Below are positions 38,310 to 50,725 of a stretch of DNA of 64,000 nt, in pieces. A program made the position numbers and the translations under genes. Where the stretch lies: contig CM059432.1 in assembly GCA_030390025.1 (NCBI GenBank), positions 20,338,001-20,402,000 of the forward strand. The letters run 5' to 3'. The DNA comes from Squalus acanthias (taxonomy: Eukaryota). The stretch's first letter is position 1. Each line of letters starts with the position of its first letter. Below the pieces are notes generated by a model that had not been told where the DNA came from, did no database searches, and was given only the letters and a program-made list of their open reading frames with translations.

Positions 38310-38565
38310 AACTGGATTAAGAGGGGAGATCAGGAGAATTTTATTCATGCAGTGAGTTGTTATGGTCTAGAATGCACTGCGTGAAATGGTGGTGGAAACA
38401 GATTCAACAATAACTTTCACAAGAGAATTGGATATATACTTCAAAAGGAAAAATTTGCAGGGCTATGGGGACAGAGCAGGGGAGTGGGACTAATTGGATA
38501 GCTCTTTCAAAGAGCCGACACAGGCACAGTGGGCCAAATGGCCACCTTTGGTGCTGTAAGATTCT
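38310..38565 (+). mobile_element. CR1 3' fragment
   Basis: GGCTATGGGGACAGAGCAGG...GGCACAGTGGGCCAAATGGCC hairpin tail. Confidence 0.7.
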
Positions 38566-39729
38566 GTGCCCAAATTAATTTTGTGTCGGTCCCTTGCAGC
38601 AGAGAGAAGAGTTGCGGCCCATCAGCCGCACCTGGAGGCAGGCCTGAAGATAAAAGACCAACAATTAACACAGTGCTCTACCTGCTACCCAACATCTGTC
38701 GATTAGCTCAACATTTCCCTTCCACAATTACCTACTGTGTGATCGCAACCAGCTATTTGTCAAGTAATCTTCACAACTGCTTTTCAGAATTTGTCAGCCA
38801 ATTCCCTGACCTTGAAGATGACAAGAGTGAAGGAGCCACCCACTTAACCATCACACAGCAGCGATAGACAAAACAAGAACAACTAGTTGATAATCTGGTT
38901 GTCAGCAAATTTGTCACTGCACAATTTCATGTGCGAAAAGACGGCCCATAGACCCCCCGTTAAATCGAATTAGTACTTGCAAAAATATAACCTGTACTGA
39001 ACTGCAAACACCTCAGCACTGTCAAACCACTGCACACAACACAGCTTCTTAAAAATTCAGAAAGTTTTGGCATCAATCCCCGTTATGTTTGCTGATATAA
39101 ACCCCCCCCCCCACCCCACCCCCGGAGAAGGTTACTAAAGCTGACACAAAAGTCTGGAAAGAAGAAAGCAAGCATTATTATCCAGTAGCAGACATGCTGG
39201 CCTAATGCAGCAGCATCTCTTTTAATGAGGAGGACAGCCGCATCCAAACAAGTAATTGAAGTACACATATTAAAAATTAACGGAGACAATATACAGTAAT
39301 TTAGGCATCCAATATATGATCTGACACAACATTATGAGCTGGGGAGGTTATACTTGTCTGTAAACTCTACTCAACCCAGCTCAACTGTAACTCAACCTTC
39401 ATCAACCTAGCTATTGCTACACAACTGGTACTGTCAAAACAATTGTCACACGTTGCTCTAGCAACATGAACATGGAATGTACGACACTACAGCTGGCCTG
39501 TGATAGAGACTCAAATTAAAAAGTCTTTGTCGTCTAACTTCCCCCCCCCCCACCCCCATCACCTTCCTGTTCTCATGTGACAGAAATTCTTCTCTAATTG
39601 GTCACAAAGCCTTTCAAGCAAGATGCAGAACTTAAAATGAGGGCAAGTTTAATATACTAAGCAAAGTCAGTGAGAGATTTCCTTTCAGTAGATTACATGA
39701 TGCAGTGAAAGAGGGTAATGGACATCGCT

Positions 39730-39925
39730 ACCTCCCTTTCCTCCTTTAAGACGCTCCTTAAAACCTACCACTTAGACCAAGCTTTTGGTCACCTGCCCTA
39801 ATTTATCCTTATGTGGCTCGATGTCAAATCTTTTGTCTTTTAATACTCCTGTGAAGCGCCTTGGGACGTTTTACTACGTTAAAGGCGCTATATAAATACA
39901 AGTTGTTGTTGTTGTTGTCGTCGTC
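39730..39925 (+). mobile_element. L2 3' end with (TTG/TCG/TCA)n tail
   Basis: GGCGCTATATAAATACAAGTTGTTGTT. Confidence 0.85.
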
Positions 39926-40459
39926 ATCATCAGGGATTTGACATTATATCTCACATTGGCATTACTCAGTGTGTTAAAGAATACTCTTATTTCTTAAGGA
40001 TAAGAGCATTGCATCATGCAATGCACAATGTGTTATATAATGCCAGGATGATTTTTTTTTTTAAAAAGATCTGTTTGAAAGAAATGCTCAGCTGACGATG
40101 TAAAATAAGTGACAGAATTCCTACAATTGGGAAACCCTTTGAACAAATCCGCCTGCCTTCTCTCCATTCTGACCAGATCCGATCCTCAAGAAGTGATTTC
40201 AAAAGCGTCTTAGAACTTGGAAACCCGTTCCAGTGCTTCATGTATTAAACTCGTACCCAGAGATTTGTGAATATACAGAGAGTGGCACAAAACACTGAAT
40301 ATCACAATGTTCAGAAGCAGATAAATCAAAACAAAGTACGAGATGAGTCAAAAACTCTCCGCAACCAATTTAACCTCCCGAGAGGTGAACAAATACGAAT
40401 AAAACCTCCAAGGGGAGGAAATATAAAACATTTCCCTGATCTCTGAAGATAATCATACA

Positions 40460-40602
40460 TTTAGACACAAAAGGCATCAAGGGGTATGGGGAGAGAGCGG
40501 GAATATGGTATTGAGATAGAGGATCAGCCATGATCATATTGAATGGCGGAGCAGGCTCGAAGGGCCGAATGGCCTACTCCTGCTCCTATTTTTCTATGTT
40601 TC
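40460..40602 (+). mobile_element. Short CR1 3' tail flanked by a 38-bp direct repeat
   Basis: CR1 hairpin and tail. Identical flanks at 40422-40459 and 40603-40640. Confidence 0.85.
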
Positions 40603-42048
40603 TATAAAACATTTCCCTGATCTCTGAAGATAATCATACAAAAACTGTGGACTATCAACAAAACATTACTATCGATTAATATTTAACCCTGGGCAGTTAT
40701 TTCCTTGGTGTTTGAAGTGCTGCCAGACCTTGGGTGTGACTGCGGTCAAAAGGACTGCATTGAGGTTAGAGCTATTAATTCCAATTCCTCTTGGCAGAGA
40801 AATGGCTGTAGACCTCTGGAATTTAAGCCTCACACTATATAACCAGGTCACATAAGACAGTCTATCCTGGGCTTGCGTATCATCGAGGTCATTGAGGCTT
40901 ATGTACCCACTGAGGCATCGCAGTCGCTGCGAAAGATACACTGGTGCACTCTAGCTTCAGAACTGGGACCCCAGCAACTGGAGAGAAGATACTGCTCAAT
41001 AAAGAAACGAACGGATAGTGGAATGTGTGGATGCTGAACCAAGGGAAGAAGGCAGAACTGCGAGAACAATACAACTGTGAGAGAACTGTGGAGCCAGTGT
41101 GGTGCAGTGGAGGGGCTGGCAGCAAAGAGCTGATTTCAAACAGTGCAGTGACAGGCAGGATGGCAATTGCTGATGGGAACGTGGTCTCTGTACCCCCCTG
41201 TCATCCATACCAGACCCATCAGTGGATGAGAGCAAGCAGCACTTCAAACAAAATTCCAGCACCGTTCTGGGAAGTAAAAATGAGAAGTGACAGGGAATCT
41301 TTCTAGGTGCGGAGCGCAGCAGATATGGAAGAGGTGAACAGAGGAGCTGACAGCAAGAAACTGTTTACAATTGTAAATGAGCTGAGTGGGAGGAGAGGTA
41401 GAAAGATCACTGGATTCATAATCTGTGAAGGACAAGGACAGAAAAGAATGTGAGGAGGAAGGCTGTGACTCACTTCAGGGCAAGAAAAGTGACAAGAAGA
41501 ACGGGAGTGCTGGCCTAGTTAGCAAGAGATAGGATGAAATGACACTGAAAGAAGTAGAACAGACAGTATGTCAGACAAAGAGGGATCTACAAGATAAACT
41601 AATCTGCCCTCCCCCATGGCCAATTAAACCAAAAATAAATTAATGCGGATACAGGTTTCATTTTATTCACGGTAAGTTCAGGGGACCACTAGAACTGCAT
41701 GGTGGCCCTGTCTGATTGCAAACTTCAATGGAAAAAGAAATGAGAAGTCGCACAACACCAGGTTATAGTCCAACAGATTTATTTAATTTTACAAGCTTTC
41801 GGAGCTGTCGCTCCTTCCTCAGGTAAGTTAGCAGTGAGAGAATCTCCCAGAATTCACAATTTAAACACAGACAAAATCTATTCAAATCTTTCCCTACATC
41901 AAGGACACACTAAGAGCACAGCCAAGACAATGAGATGTGTCCCAGGGGGTCCAACGTGTCAAACCACCTGCTGGCTGCATATCCTGTCAATTTGTGTTGG
42001 TTCTTGTGTTAGTCTTTTTAAAAAAAAAAACACCTGGGAAGACCGGCC

Positions 42049-43473
42049 ATGATGTCAAGTCACGTTCTGTATCGTGACATGAACCCGATATCGCAATTGA
42101 CGATGGACGTATCGGCACTCTACACCAATATCCCCCACAATGACGGCATCGCTGCGACAGCCTCAGTACTCAACACCAACAACAGCCAATCTCCGGACGC
42201 CATCCTACAACTCATCCGCTTCATCCTTGACCACAATGTCTTCACCTTCGACAACCATTTTTTTACCCAAACACACGGAACAGCCATGGGGACCAAATTC
42301 GCACCCCAATACGCCAACATCTTCATGCACAAGTTCGAGCAAGACTTCTTCGCTGCACAGGACCTCCAACCAACGCTGTACACCAGATACATCGACGACA
42401 TCTTCTTCCTTTGGACCCATGGCGAAGGATCACTTAAAGGACTACACGATAGCATCAACAGGTTCCATCCCACCATCAAACTCACCATGAACTACTCCTC
42501 AGAATCGGTTTCATTCTTGGACACACGAATCTCCATCAAAGACGGACACCTCAGCACTTCACTCTACCGCAAGCCCACGGACAACCTCACGATGCTCCAC
42601 TTCTCCAGCTTCCACCCTAACCACGTTAAAGAAGCCATCCCCTATGGACAAGCCCTGCGAATACACAGGATCTGCTCAGACGAGGAGGAACGCGATGGAC
42701 ACCTACGGACACTGAAAGACGCCCTCGTAAGAACGGGATATGACGCTCGACTCGTCGATCGACAGTTCCAATGGGCCACAGCGAAAAACCGCATAGACCT
42801 CCTCAGAAGACGAACACGGGACACAACCAACAGAGTACCCTACGTCGTCCAGTACTTCCCCGGAGCGGAAAAACTACGTCATGTTCTTCGCAGCCTTCAA
42901 CATGTCATCGATGACGACGAACACCTCGCTAAGGCCATCCCCACGCCTCCACTACTCGCCTTCAAGCAGCCGCCTAACCTCAAAAGTACCATAGTTCGCA
43001 GCAGATTACCCATCTTTCAGGAGAACAGCAACCAAGACACCACACAACCCTGCCACGGCAACCTCTGCAAGACATGCCAAATCATGGACACAGATACCAT
43101 CATCACACGTGAGGACACTACCCACCAGGTACACGGTACATACTCATGTGACTCGGCCAACGTTGTCTACCTGATACGTTGCAGTAAAGGATGCTCCAGA
43201 GCATGGTACATCGGCGAGACCATGCAGACACTGAGACAACGTATGAACGGACACCGCGCAACAATCGCCAGGCAGGAGGGTTCCCTCCCAGTCGGGGAAC
43301 ACTTCAGCAGCCAGGGGCATTCAGCCTCAGATCTGCGGGTAAGCGTTCTCCAAGGCGGCCTTCGGGATACACGACAGCGCAAAATCATAGAGCAGAAACT
43401 GATAGCCAAGTTCCGCACTCATGAGGATGGCCTCAATCGCGATATCGGGTTCATGTCACGATACAGAACGTGA
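42049..43473 (+). CDS. Penelope reverse transcriptase-GIY-YIG ORF (N-terminally truncated)
   Basis: 474 aa with no stops: MDVSALYTNIP, QTHGTAMG, RYIDD, FLD, CxxxxCxxC, VVYLIRC, WYIGET, GLN. Confidence 0.9.
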   Translation: MMSSHVLYRDMNPISQLTMDVSALYTNIPHNDGIAATASVLNTNNSQSPDAILQLIRFILDHNVFTFDNHFFTQTHGTAMGTKFAPQYANIFMHKFEQDFFAAQDLQPTLYTRYIDDIFFLWTHGEGSLKGLHDSINRFHPTIKLTMNYSSESVSFLDTRISIKDGHLSTSLYRKPTDNLTMLHFSSFHPNHVKEAIPYGQALRIHRICSDEEERDGHLRTLKDALVRTGYDARLVDRQFQWATAKNRIDLLRRRTRDTTNRVPYVVQYFPGAEKLRHVLRSLQHVIDDDEHLAKAIPTPPLLAFKQPPNLKSTIVRSRLPIFQENSNQDTTQPCHGNLCKTCQIMDTDTIITREDTTHQVHGTYSCDSANVVYLIRCSKGCSRAWYIGETMQTLRQRMNGHRATIARQEGSLPVGEHFSSQGHSASDLRVSVLQGGLRDTRQRKIIEQKLIAKFRTHEDGLNRDIGFMSRYRT

Positions 43474-43703
43474 CTGGACATCATGGCCGGTCTTCCCAGG
43501 TGTTTTTTTTTAAAAAGACTAGCACAAGAACCAACACAAATTGACAGGATATGCAGCCAGCAGGTGGTTTGACACGTTGGACCCCCTGGGACACATCTCA
43601 TTGTCTTGGCTGTGCTCTTAGTGTGTCCTTGATGTAGGGAAAGATTTGAATAGATTTTGTCTGTGTTTAAATTGTGAATTCTGGGAGATTCTCTCACTGC
43701 TAA

Positions 43704-43742
43704 CTTACCTGAGGAAGGAGCGACAGCTCCGAAAGCTTGTAA
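43704..43742 (+). ncRNA. Minimal hammerhead ribozyme motif (Penelope family B); mirror copy on the minus strand at about 41789-41827
   Basis: CTGAGGA-A-GGAGC-GACA-GCTCC-GAAA-GCTT-GTA: cores, perfect stem II, palindromic AAGCTT. Confidence 0.78.
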
Positions 43743-43978
43743 AATTAAATAAATCTGTTGGACTATAACCTGGTGTTGTGCGACTTCTCATTTTTGTCCA
43801 CCCCAGTCCAACGCCGGCATCTCCACATCATGGAAAAAGAAAAGCACAGTTAGAAAAGAATCGACAGGACATAGGCCCCAATTGAACTCCTCTTCCTCCC
43901 AGGAGAAAATGTGACTTCTCTCCAATAGAATCAGAGCATGTTGCAGCTTAGAAGCAGGCCATTAGGTCTGTGCCAGTG

Positions 43979-44107
43979 CAATAGCAAACTACTGCGGATG
44001 CTGGAAATCCGAAATAACAACAGAAAACGCTGGAAAAACTCAGCAGGCCAGGCAGCATCCGTGGAGAGAGAAACAGAGTTAACGTTTCAGGTCGATGACC
44101 TTTCGTC
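43979..44107 (-). mobile_element. Penelope family A pLTR fragment inside an old CR1 (about 43930-44640, minus)
   Basis: 15-bp TSD AGGTCTGTGCCAGTG (43964-43978 / 44108-44122). The 5' end stops at the hammerhead CTGA. Confidence 0.85.
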
Positions 44108-44778
44108 AGGTCTGTGCCAGTGTTTTTCTCCACAGCACCCACCGAGTTCAATCTCGTTCTCATGCTTGATCCCCATGCCATTTAACATTCCTCGTTCTCA
44201 AGCCACTGCCACCTTTAATGGCCAGTGTATCTGCACAACCATTATCCTTCTGCTCCTCTACTCTATTTAAAATCTTACCATTTAAAATGGATTCCCCTAT
44301 TCTTCCACAATGCATGACTTCACATTTTTCTAAATTGAACTGCATTTGACAGTAGCCTGACTCTTTCATAATCCTTCTTGTAATTTCCCATACACCCACC
44401 CACCATTTGATATCAGCAAGTTTTGATATTCTACCCTCAATTCCCAAGGCCAGATCATTTATGAATACAGTAAATAAGAGTAATGCCAGCACAGACCCCG
44501 GTGGAATATCACCCTGCATCGTTCCAGACTGAGAAGCTTCCTTTTACCTGTACCTCTTTGCTTTCTGTCCTCCAACCATCTCGCTGTCCATGTGGCAACA
44601 TTCGCTTTCATTCTATATGCAATTAACTTTGCCCTAAAGTGCATGCTTCCTTATCAATTGATGACCCACCAAAACTGCGCATAGGGTTGCCAAGTCCAAC
44701 AAAACACTAGAGAGCCAGTGAAATCATGGCCTTGACTCCAGAGCTTTGCTTTTCTTATAATGGAATAAAGATGTAAGA

Positions 44779-44832
44779 GAGTGTGTGTGTGTGTGTGTGT
44801 GTGTGGGGGAGGGGGGGGGGGGGGGGGGAGGG
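44779..44832. repeat. (GT)n microsatellite plus poly-G
   Basis: Visible directly. Confidence 0.9.
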
Positions 44833-45039
44833 AAAGAGAGGGGGAAGAACTTTAAAAAAGACTCGGTGTCCAGATTACATTTTAGAAATTCCCAGTCAGC
44901 CCACTCAAAAACCAGACTGGACTGGTCTAAAAACTGAAGGGTAACAGGGCGATGGAGAAAATTACGATCCTTATCATTCAGTAATTGAGAGTAAAAATCA
45001 AGCCTGCTCATTCTCGGGTGGGTGTCAATTTGAACAGAA

Positions 45040-45252
45040 CGTGGCAGGTCAGGCAGCATCTGTGGAGAGAGAAACAGAGTTAACGTTTCAGGTCAATGAC
45101 CTTCCGTCAGAACTTTGCAATCCTTCTGACGAAAGGTCATCGGCCTGAAACGTTAACTCGGTTTCTCTCTTGACAGATGCTGCCTGACCTGCTGAGTATT
45201 TCCAGCATTTTCAGTTTTTATTTCAGATTTCCTGCATCCGCGGTATTTTGCC
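45040..45252. mobile_element. Miniature Penelope family A element made of inverted pLTRs
   Basis: Arms 45044-45112 and 45124-45192 are inverted. 11-bp TSD TTTGAACAGAA (45029-45039 / 45253-45263). Confidence 0.88.
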
Positions 45253-45939
45253 TTTGAACAGAATGCGTTGAGTGTTCGACTCGTTGAGGTAGGCGTGTTT
45301 CAACCCAGGTACTTGTGCTCCAGTGCTCTCTCCCACACTCTTCACATTAAAAGGAGCGAGCTAGGCAGAGACATTCACCGTGATTAATTCAGGTGCTCAT
45401 ACTTTCATCTTCATCTTCAATGGAAAAAATAGATCTGAATAAGCAGTTGTTTGTGAAGCCGACAGCTCAGAAAATGAGATCGGAACAGTAAAAGGTGTCT
45501 CTTGAGCAGCAACCTTTTGTACTGAAACTTGCTGGCACCTCTGATTATTCAGCCATCGAAGCGCAGAACCTTGCAAAGTGGATCAGATATCGACAGGAAA
45601 TAAGATGGGGGAGGGAAGCTGTGCAGTATCATTCATCATTAAACAAGTTTATTTAAGTAATGGCTCCAGTTCAGATGCTGTATTAGTCACCATGGATAAC
45701 CCAGGACCAGCATTTATATAAAATAATTCTGCTGCTACCCCTATTAACCCGTTAACATTTTCAGTCAATTAACTTTCTTTAGTAAACTTCACTCTCAACA
45801 TTAGGCATTTCTCTTTTTCTTACGGTATTTCTGTCTCTCTTTAAAAAGAAAAGGAGGCTTGGAGCTTACTACCCAAAGAGCTAAATTTCTAATAAAGTCT
45901 GCTGGAAAGATACTGAGTAATAACATATTAAACTTGGCA

Positions 45940-48842
45940 ACAACTTAGCAAGTCACTCAGTTGTAACAAACAACCACGAAAAGCAGTAAGAATAAAAAAA
46001 AAACGACGGACCGACCAGCATCAACCGAGGCATCGGCTTCGGACACGGCAACGGCACACCCAGCCCAGTCGACCCTGCAAAGTCCTCCTCACTAATATCT
46101 GGGGATTTGTGCCAAAATTGGGAGAGCTGTCCCACAGACGAGTCAAGCAACAGCCTGACATAGTCATACCTTTCCGCCAATGTCCCCGGGTATGTACTGT
46201 CCCACCGGCAGGACAGACGCACCAGAGGTGGCAGCACAGTGGTATACAGTCGGGAGGGAGTGGCCCCAGGGCCTCTCATTGACTCATGAACTCTCATGGT
46301 TTCAGGTCAAGCATGGGCAAGGAAACCTCCTGCTGATTACCACCTATTGCCCTCCCTCAGCTGATGAATCAGTACTCCTCCATGTTGAACACCACTTGGA
46401 AGAAGCACAGAGTAGCAAGGGCACAGATTGTACTCTGGGTGGGGGACTTCAATGTCCACCACCAAGAGTGGCTCGGTAGCACCACTAATAACCAAGCAGG
46501 CAGAGTCCTGAAGGACATCGCTGTCAGACTGGGCCTGCAGCATGTGGTGAGAGAACCAACACGAGGGAAAAACCTACTTGACCTCATCCTCACCAATCTA
46601 CCTGTCGCAAATGCATCTGTCCATGACAGCATTGGTAGCAGTGACCACCACACAGTCCTTATGGAGACGAAGTCCAGTCTTCACACCGAGGACACCCTCC
46701 ATCATGTTGTGTGGCATGACCACCGTGCTAGATGGGATAGATTCAGAACAGATCTACCAGCTCCAAACTGGGCAACCATGATGCGCTGTGGGCCATCAGC
46801 AGCAGCAGAATTGTATTCCACCACAATCTGTAACCTCAAGGCCCGGCATATCCCTCACTCTACCATGATCATCAAGCCAGGGGGCCAACCCTGGTTCAAT
46901 GAGGAGTGCGGAAGAGCATGCCAGGAGCAGAACCAGGCGTACCTAAAAATGAGGTGCCAACCTGGGGAAGCTGCAACACAGGACTGCATGCATGCTAAAC
47001 AGTGGAAGCAGCATGCTATAGACAGAGCTAAGCAATCCCACAATCAACGGATCAGATCAAAGCTCTGCAGTCCTGCCACATCCAGTTGTGAATGGTGGTG
47101 GACAATTAAGCAACTAACAGGAGGAGAAGGCTTCATGAATATCCCCATCCTCAATGATGGCGGAGCAAAAGACAAGGCTGAAGCATTTGCAACCATCTTC
47201 AGCCAGAAGATGCCGAGTGGATGATCCATATCGGCCTCCTCCTGAGGTCCCCACCATCACGGAAGCCAGTCTTCAGCCAATTCGATTCACTCCACGTGCT
47301 ATCAAGAAACAGCTGAGCGCACTGGATACAGCAATGGCTATGGACCCCGACAACATCCCGGCTGTTGTGCTGAAGACTTGTGCTCCAGAACTAGCCGCGC
47401 CTCTAGCCAAGCTGTTCCAGTACAGCTACAACACTGGCATCTATCCGACAATGTAGAAAACTGCCTAGGTATGTCCTGTCCACAAAAAGCAGGACAAATC
47501 CAATCTGGTCAATTATCAGTCATTGACAGTGCTATCAAGCAGCACTTACTCACCAATAACCTGCTCACCGATACTCAGTTTGGGTACCGCCAGGACCACT
47601 CAGCTCCAGACCTCATTACAGTTTTGGTCCAAACTTGGACAAAAGAGACGAATTCCAGAGGTGAGGGTAAAGTGACTGCCCTTGACATCAAGGCAGCATT
47701 TGACCGAGTGTGGCATCAAGGAGCTCTAGTAAAACTGAAGTCAATGGGAATCGGGGGAAAACGCTACTGGCTGGAGTCATACCTAGCACAAAGGAAGATG
47801 GTTGTGGTTGTTGGAGGCCAATCATCTCAGCCCCAGGACATCGTTGCAGGAGTTCCTCAGGGCAGTGTTCTCGGCCCAACCATCTTCAGCTGCTTCATTG
47901 ATGATATTACCTCCATCATAAGGTCAGAAGTGGGGATGTTCGCTGATGATTGCACAATGTTCAGTTCGATTTGCAACTCCTCAGATAATGAAGCAGTCCA
48001 TGCCAGTGTGCAGCAAGACCTGGACGACATTCAGGCTTGGGTTGATAAGTGGCAAGTAACATTTGCGCCACACAAGTGCCGGGCAATGACTATTTCCAAC
48101 AAGCGAGAATCTAACCACCACCCCTTGGCATTCAACTGCATTACAATCGCCAAATCCCCCACCATCAACATACTGGGGGTAACTATTAACCAAAAACTTA
48201 ACTGGACCAGCCACATAAATACTGTGGCAACAAGAGCAGATCAGAGGCTTGGTATTCTGTGGCGAGTGTTTCACCTCCTTACTCCCCAAAGCCTTTCCAC
48301 CATCTACAAGGAACTCAGGATTGTGATGGAATACTCTCCACTTGCCTGGATGAGTGTAGCTCCAACAACACTCTAGAAGCGCGACACCATCCAGGACAAA
48401 GCAGCCCACTTGATTGGCACCTGATCCACCACCTTAAACATTCACTCCCTCCACCACCAGCGTACCGTGGCTGCAGTGTGCATCATCTACAAGATGCACT
48501 GCAGCAACTCGGCAAGGCTTCTTTGGCAGCACCTCCCAAACCCGCAACTTCTACCACCAAGAAGGACGTGGGCAGCAGCGGCACATGGGAACACCATCAC
48601 CTGCAAGTTGCCCTCCAAGTTACACACCATCCTGAGTTGGAAATATATCGTCGATCCTTCATAGTCGCTGGGTCGAATTCCTGGCACTCTGTCCCTAACA
48701 GCACTGTGGGAGTACCTTCACCACACGGACTGCAGCGGTTCAAGAAGGCGGCTCACCACCACCTTCTCAAGGGCAATTAGGGATGGGCAATAAATGTTGG
48801 CCTTGCCAGCGACGCCCACATCCCATGAACAAATTTAAAAAA
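45940..48842 (+). mobile_element. Non-LTR retrotransposon (APE endonuclease + RT), frameshifted; clade not determined
   Basis: VGDFNVHH, LLDLILTN, SDH (APE); [27 protein letters not shown] (RT); AATAAA and A-rich end. Confidence 0.9.
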
Positions 48843-49039
48843 AACAAATACCCATCAAAGGATTAGGAGTGTTGCCATGACAATCCCAGAGTTCTAAACT
48901 TGTTGGCTTATTAAAAATGTTACAAGGTTACAGCAAGAATAATATGTAAATTATTAAATGAAATTTACCATGTGGAAATGCAGTAATTCACAGAGTATCA
49001 TTTGAAAAATTGTTTTTTTACATACTAGATGATGTCCTG

Positions 49040-49365
49040 TGACAGCGTCAGCCTTGGCAGAGGTGTTATCTCTCAGGAAGGATTAAACTGAGGCACCATC
49101 TGCCCTCTTAGGTGAATGTGAAAGATCCCATGGCAACACTCGAAGGGGAGTTCTCCTGGTGCTCGGGCCAACATTTATCCCTCAACCAACATCATTGCAA
49201 GAGATTAACTGGTCATTTATCTCGATGCTGTTTGCGAGACCTTCTGACGCATTTCCCTGTATTACAACAGTGACTACCTTTCAAAAGTACTTAATTAGCT
49301 GTGAAGAGCTTTCAGCACGTGCTGACGATATGATAGCCACGACACAAATGCAAGCTTGTTCTTTC
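49040..49365 (+). mobile_element. Degraded DeuSINE
   Basis: AAAGATCCCATGGCA core and tail. Confidence 0.7.
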
Positions 49366-49408
49366 TGGTTACTCACACCAAGTGAGAAGTTTTACAAGAA
49401 TGGGAGTA

Positions 49409-49772
49409 CAGGAAACTCTTTATTAACCGGCACCGACGGGACCGGCGTGGTGCCGGTTAATCAAAAAGTCCGGATAACGGAGAGTTATATCTCCCAACGT
49501 ACGAGAGCCCCGTACACACTGACATGCGCCTGCATTCGGAGCTCCGTCTCCCCGGGGACCACCAGCTGACCATCTGTCGTGTCCGCTGCCTACCCGGGCT
49601 GCACATTCCCCTCCCAATCTACACGCTCCGATACAAGGCAAACGCCTCGGGGTTTTTTTTAAAGTTATTTTTAAAGGAGAGATGAAGGAAAACCCCGGTT
49701 ACCTACTCAAGAATTTTGCCGGTTAAGAGAGATTTCCGGTTATTTGGGTGCCAGTTAAAAGAGAGTTTCCTG
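49409..49772. mobile_element. Tc1/mariner-pogo (Tigger-like) MITE
   Basis: 26-bp TIR CAGGAAACTCT(T/C)T(A/T)TTAAC(C/T)GGCACC (23/26 identical), TA TSD (49407-49408 / 49773-49774). Confidence 0.85.
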
Positions 49773-50104
49773 TATTATGCCAAGTGTTATTGGGGAGACT
49801 GATTTCTCAGTATTGTGGACAGTCCTGGGATTTGCAGGCACTGCGAAGGAGCTTTGGGGTCTGGAAGAACTGGGATGGTGTTGCAGGTTCAAACAATAGT
49901 TTAAAGGGGGTTTCAAGATCAGGGAGCATTGCAGAAAAGGCTTCTGGCAGCATTGCGGAACATCCTTGGATCACTTGGAAGGAGGTCTGGAGCATTGGAG
50001 GCAGGCATGAGGTCTGCAAAGCAGTCTCAGTGTTTGTGAGGATTGGGAAGGCATTATGGAGTCCCTAATAGAAGCAGTTCACAATAGGAAAGCAGTCATT
50101 GATA

Positions 50105-50725
50105 TGTTAACAACAACTTGTATTTACATAGCGCCGTTAACGTAGTAAAATGTCCCAAGGCGCTGCAGGAGTATTTTAAGACAAAAAATTTGACACCGAT
50201 CCACATAAGGATAAATTAGGGCAGGTGACCAAAAGCTTGGTCAAAGAGGTAGGTTTTAAGGAGCGTCTTAAAGGAGGAAAGAGAGGTAGCGAGATTTAGG
50301 GAGGGAATTCCAGAGCTTAGGGCCGAGGCAACAGAAGGCGCGGCCACCAAAGGTTGAGTGATTATAATCAGGGATGCTCAAGAGGGCAGAATTAGAGGAG
50401 CGCAGATATCTTGGGGTGTTGTGGGGCTAAAGGAGATTGGAGATCGGAAGGGGCGAGGCCATGGAGGGATTTGAAAACAAGGATGAGAATTTTGAAATCG
50501 AGGCGTTGCTTAACCGGGAGCGAGCACAGGGGTGATGGGCGAACGGGACTTGGTGCGAGTTAGGACACGGGCAGCCGAGTTTTGGATGACCTCAAGTTTA
50601 CGTAGTGTGGAATGTGGGAGCCCAGCCAGGAGTGCGTTGGAATAGTCAAGTCTAGAGGTAACAAAGGCATGGATGAGGGTTTCAACAGCAGATAAGCTGA
50701 GGCAAGGGCGGAGATGGGCGATGTT
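50105..50725 (-). mobile_element. L2 3' fragment
   Basis: Reverse complement of the 26897-27525 family, with an AACAACAAC tail. Confidence 0.88.

Larger units (their letters stand above)
41741..43829 (+). mobile_element. Young Penelope-like element (family B): inverted 5' pLTR, truncated RT-GIY-YIG ORF, 3' pLTR and tail
   Basis: 41738-42100 is the reverse complement of 43433-43793. TSD ATGGAAAAAGAAA (41728-41740 / 43830-43842). Confidence 0.95.

Noticed and set aside
41834..42052. Near-identical 72-92 aa ORFs at 41834 (+) and 43419-43697 (-)
   Set aside because: By-product of the inverted Penelope pLTR.
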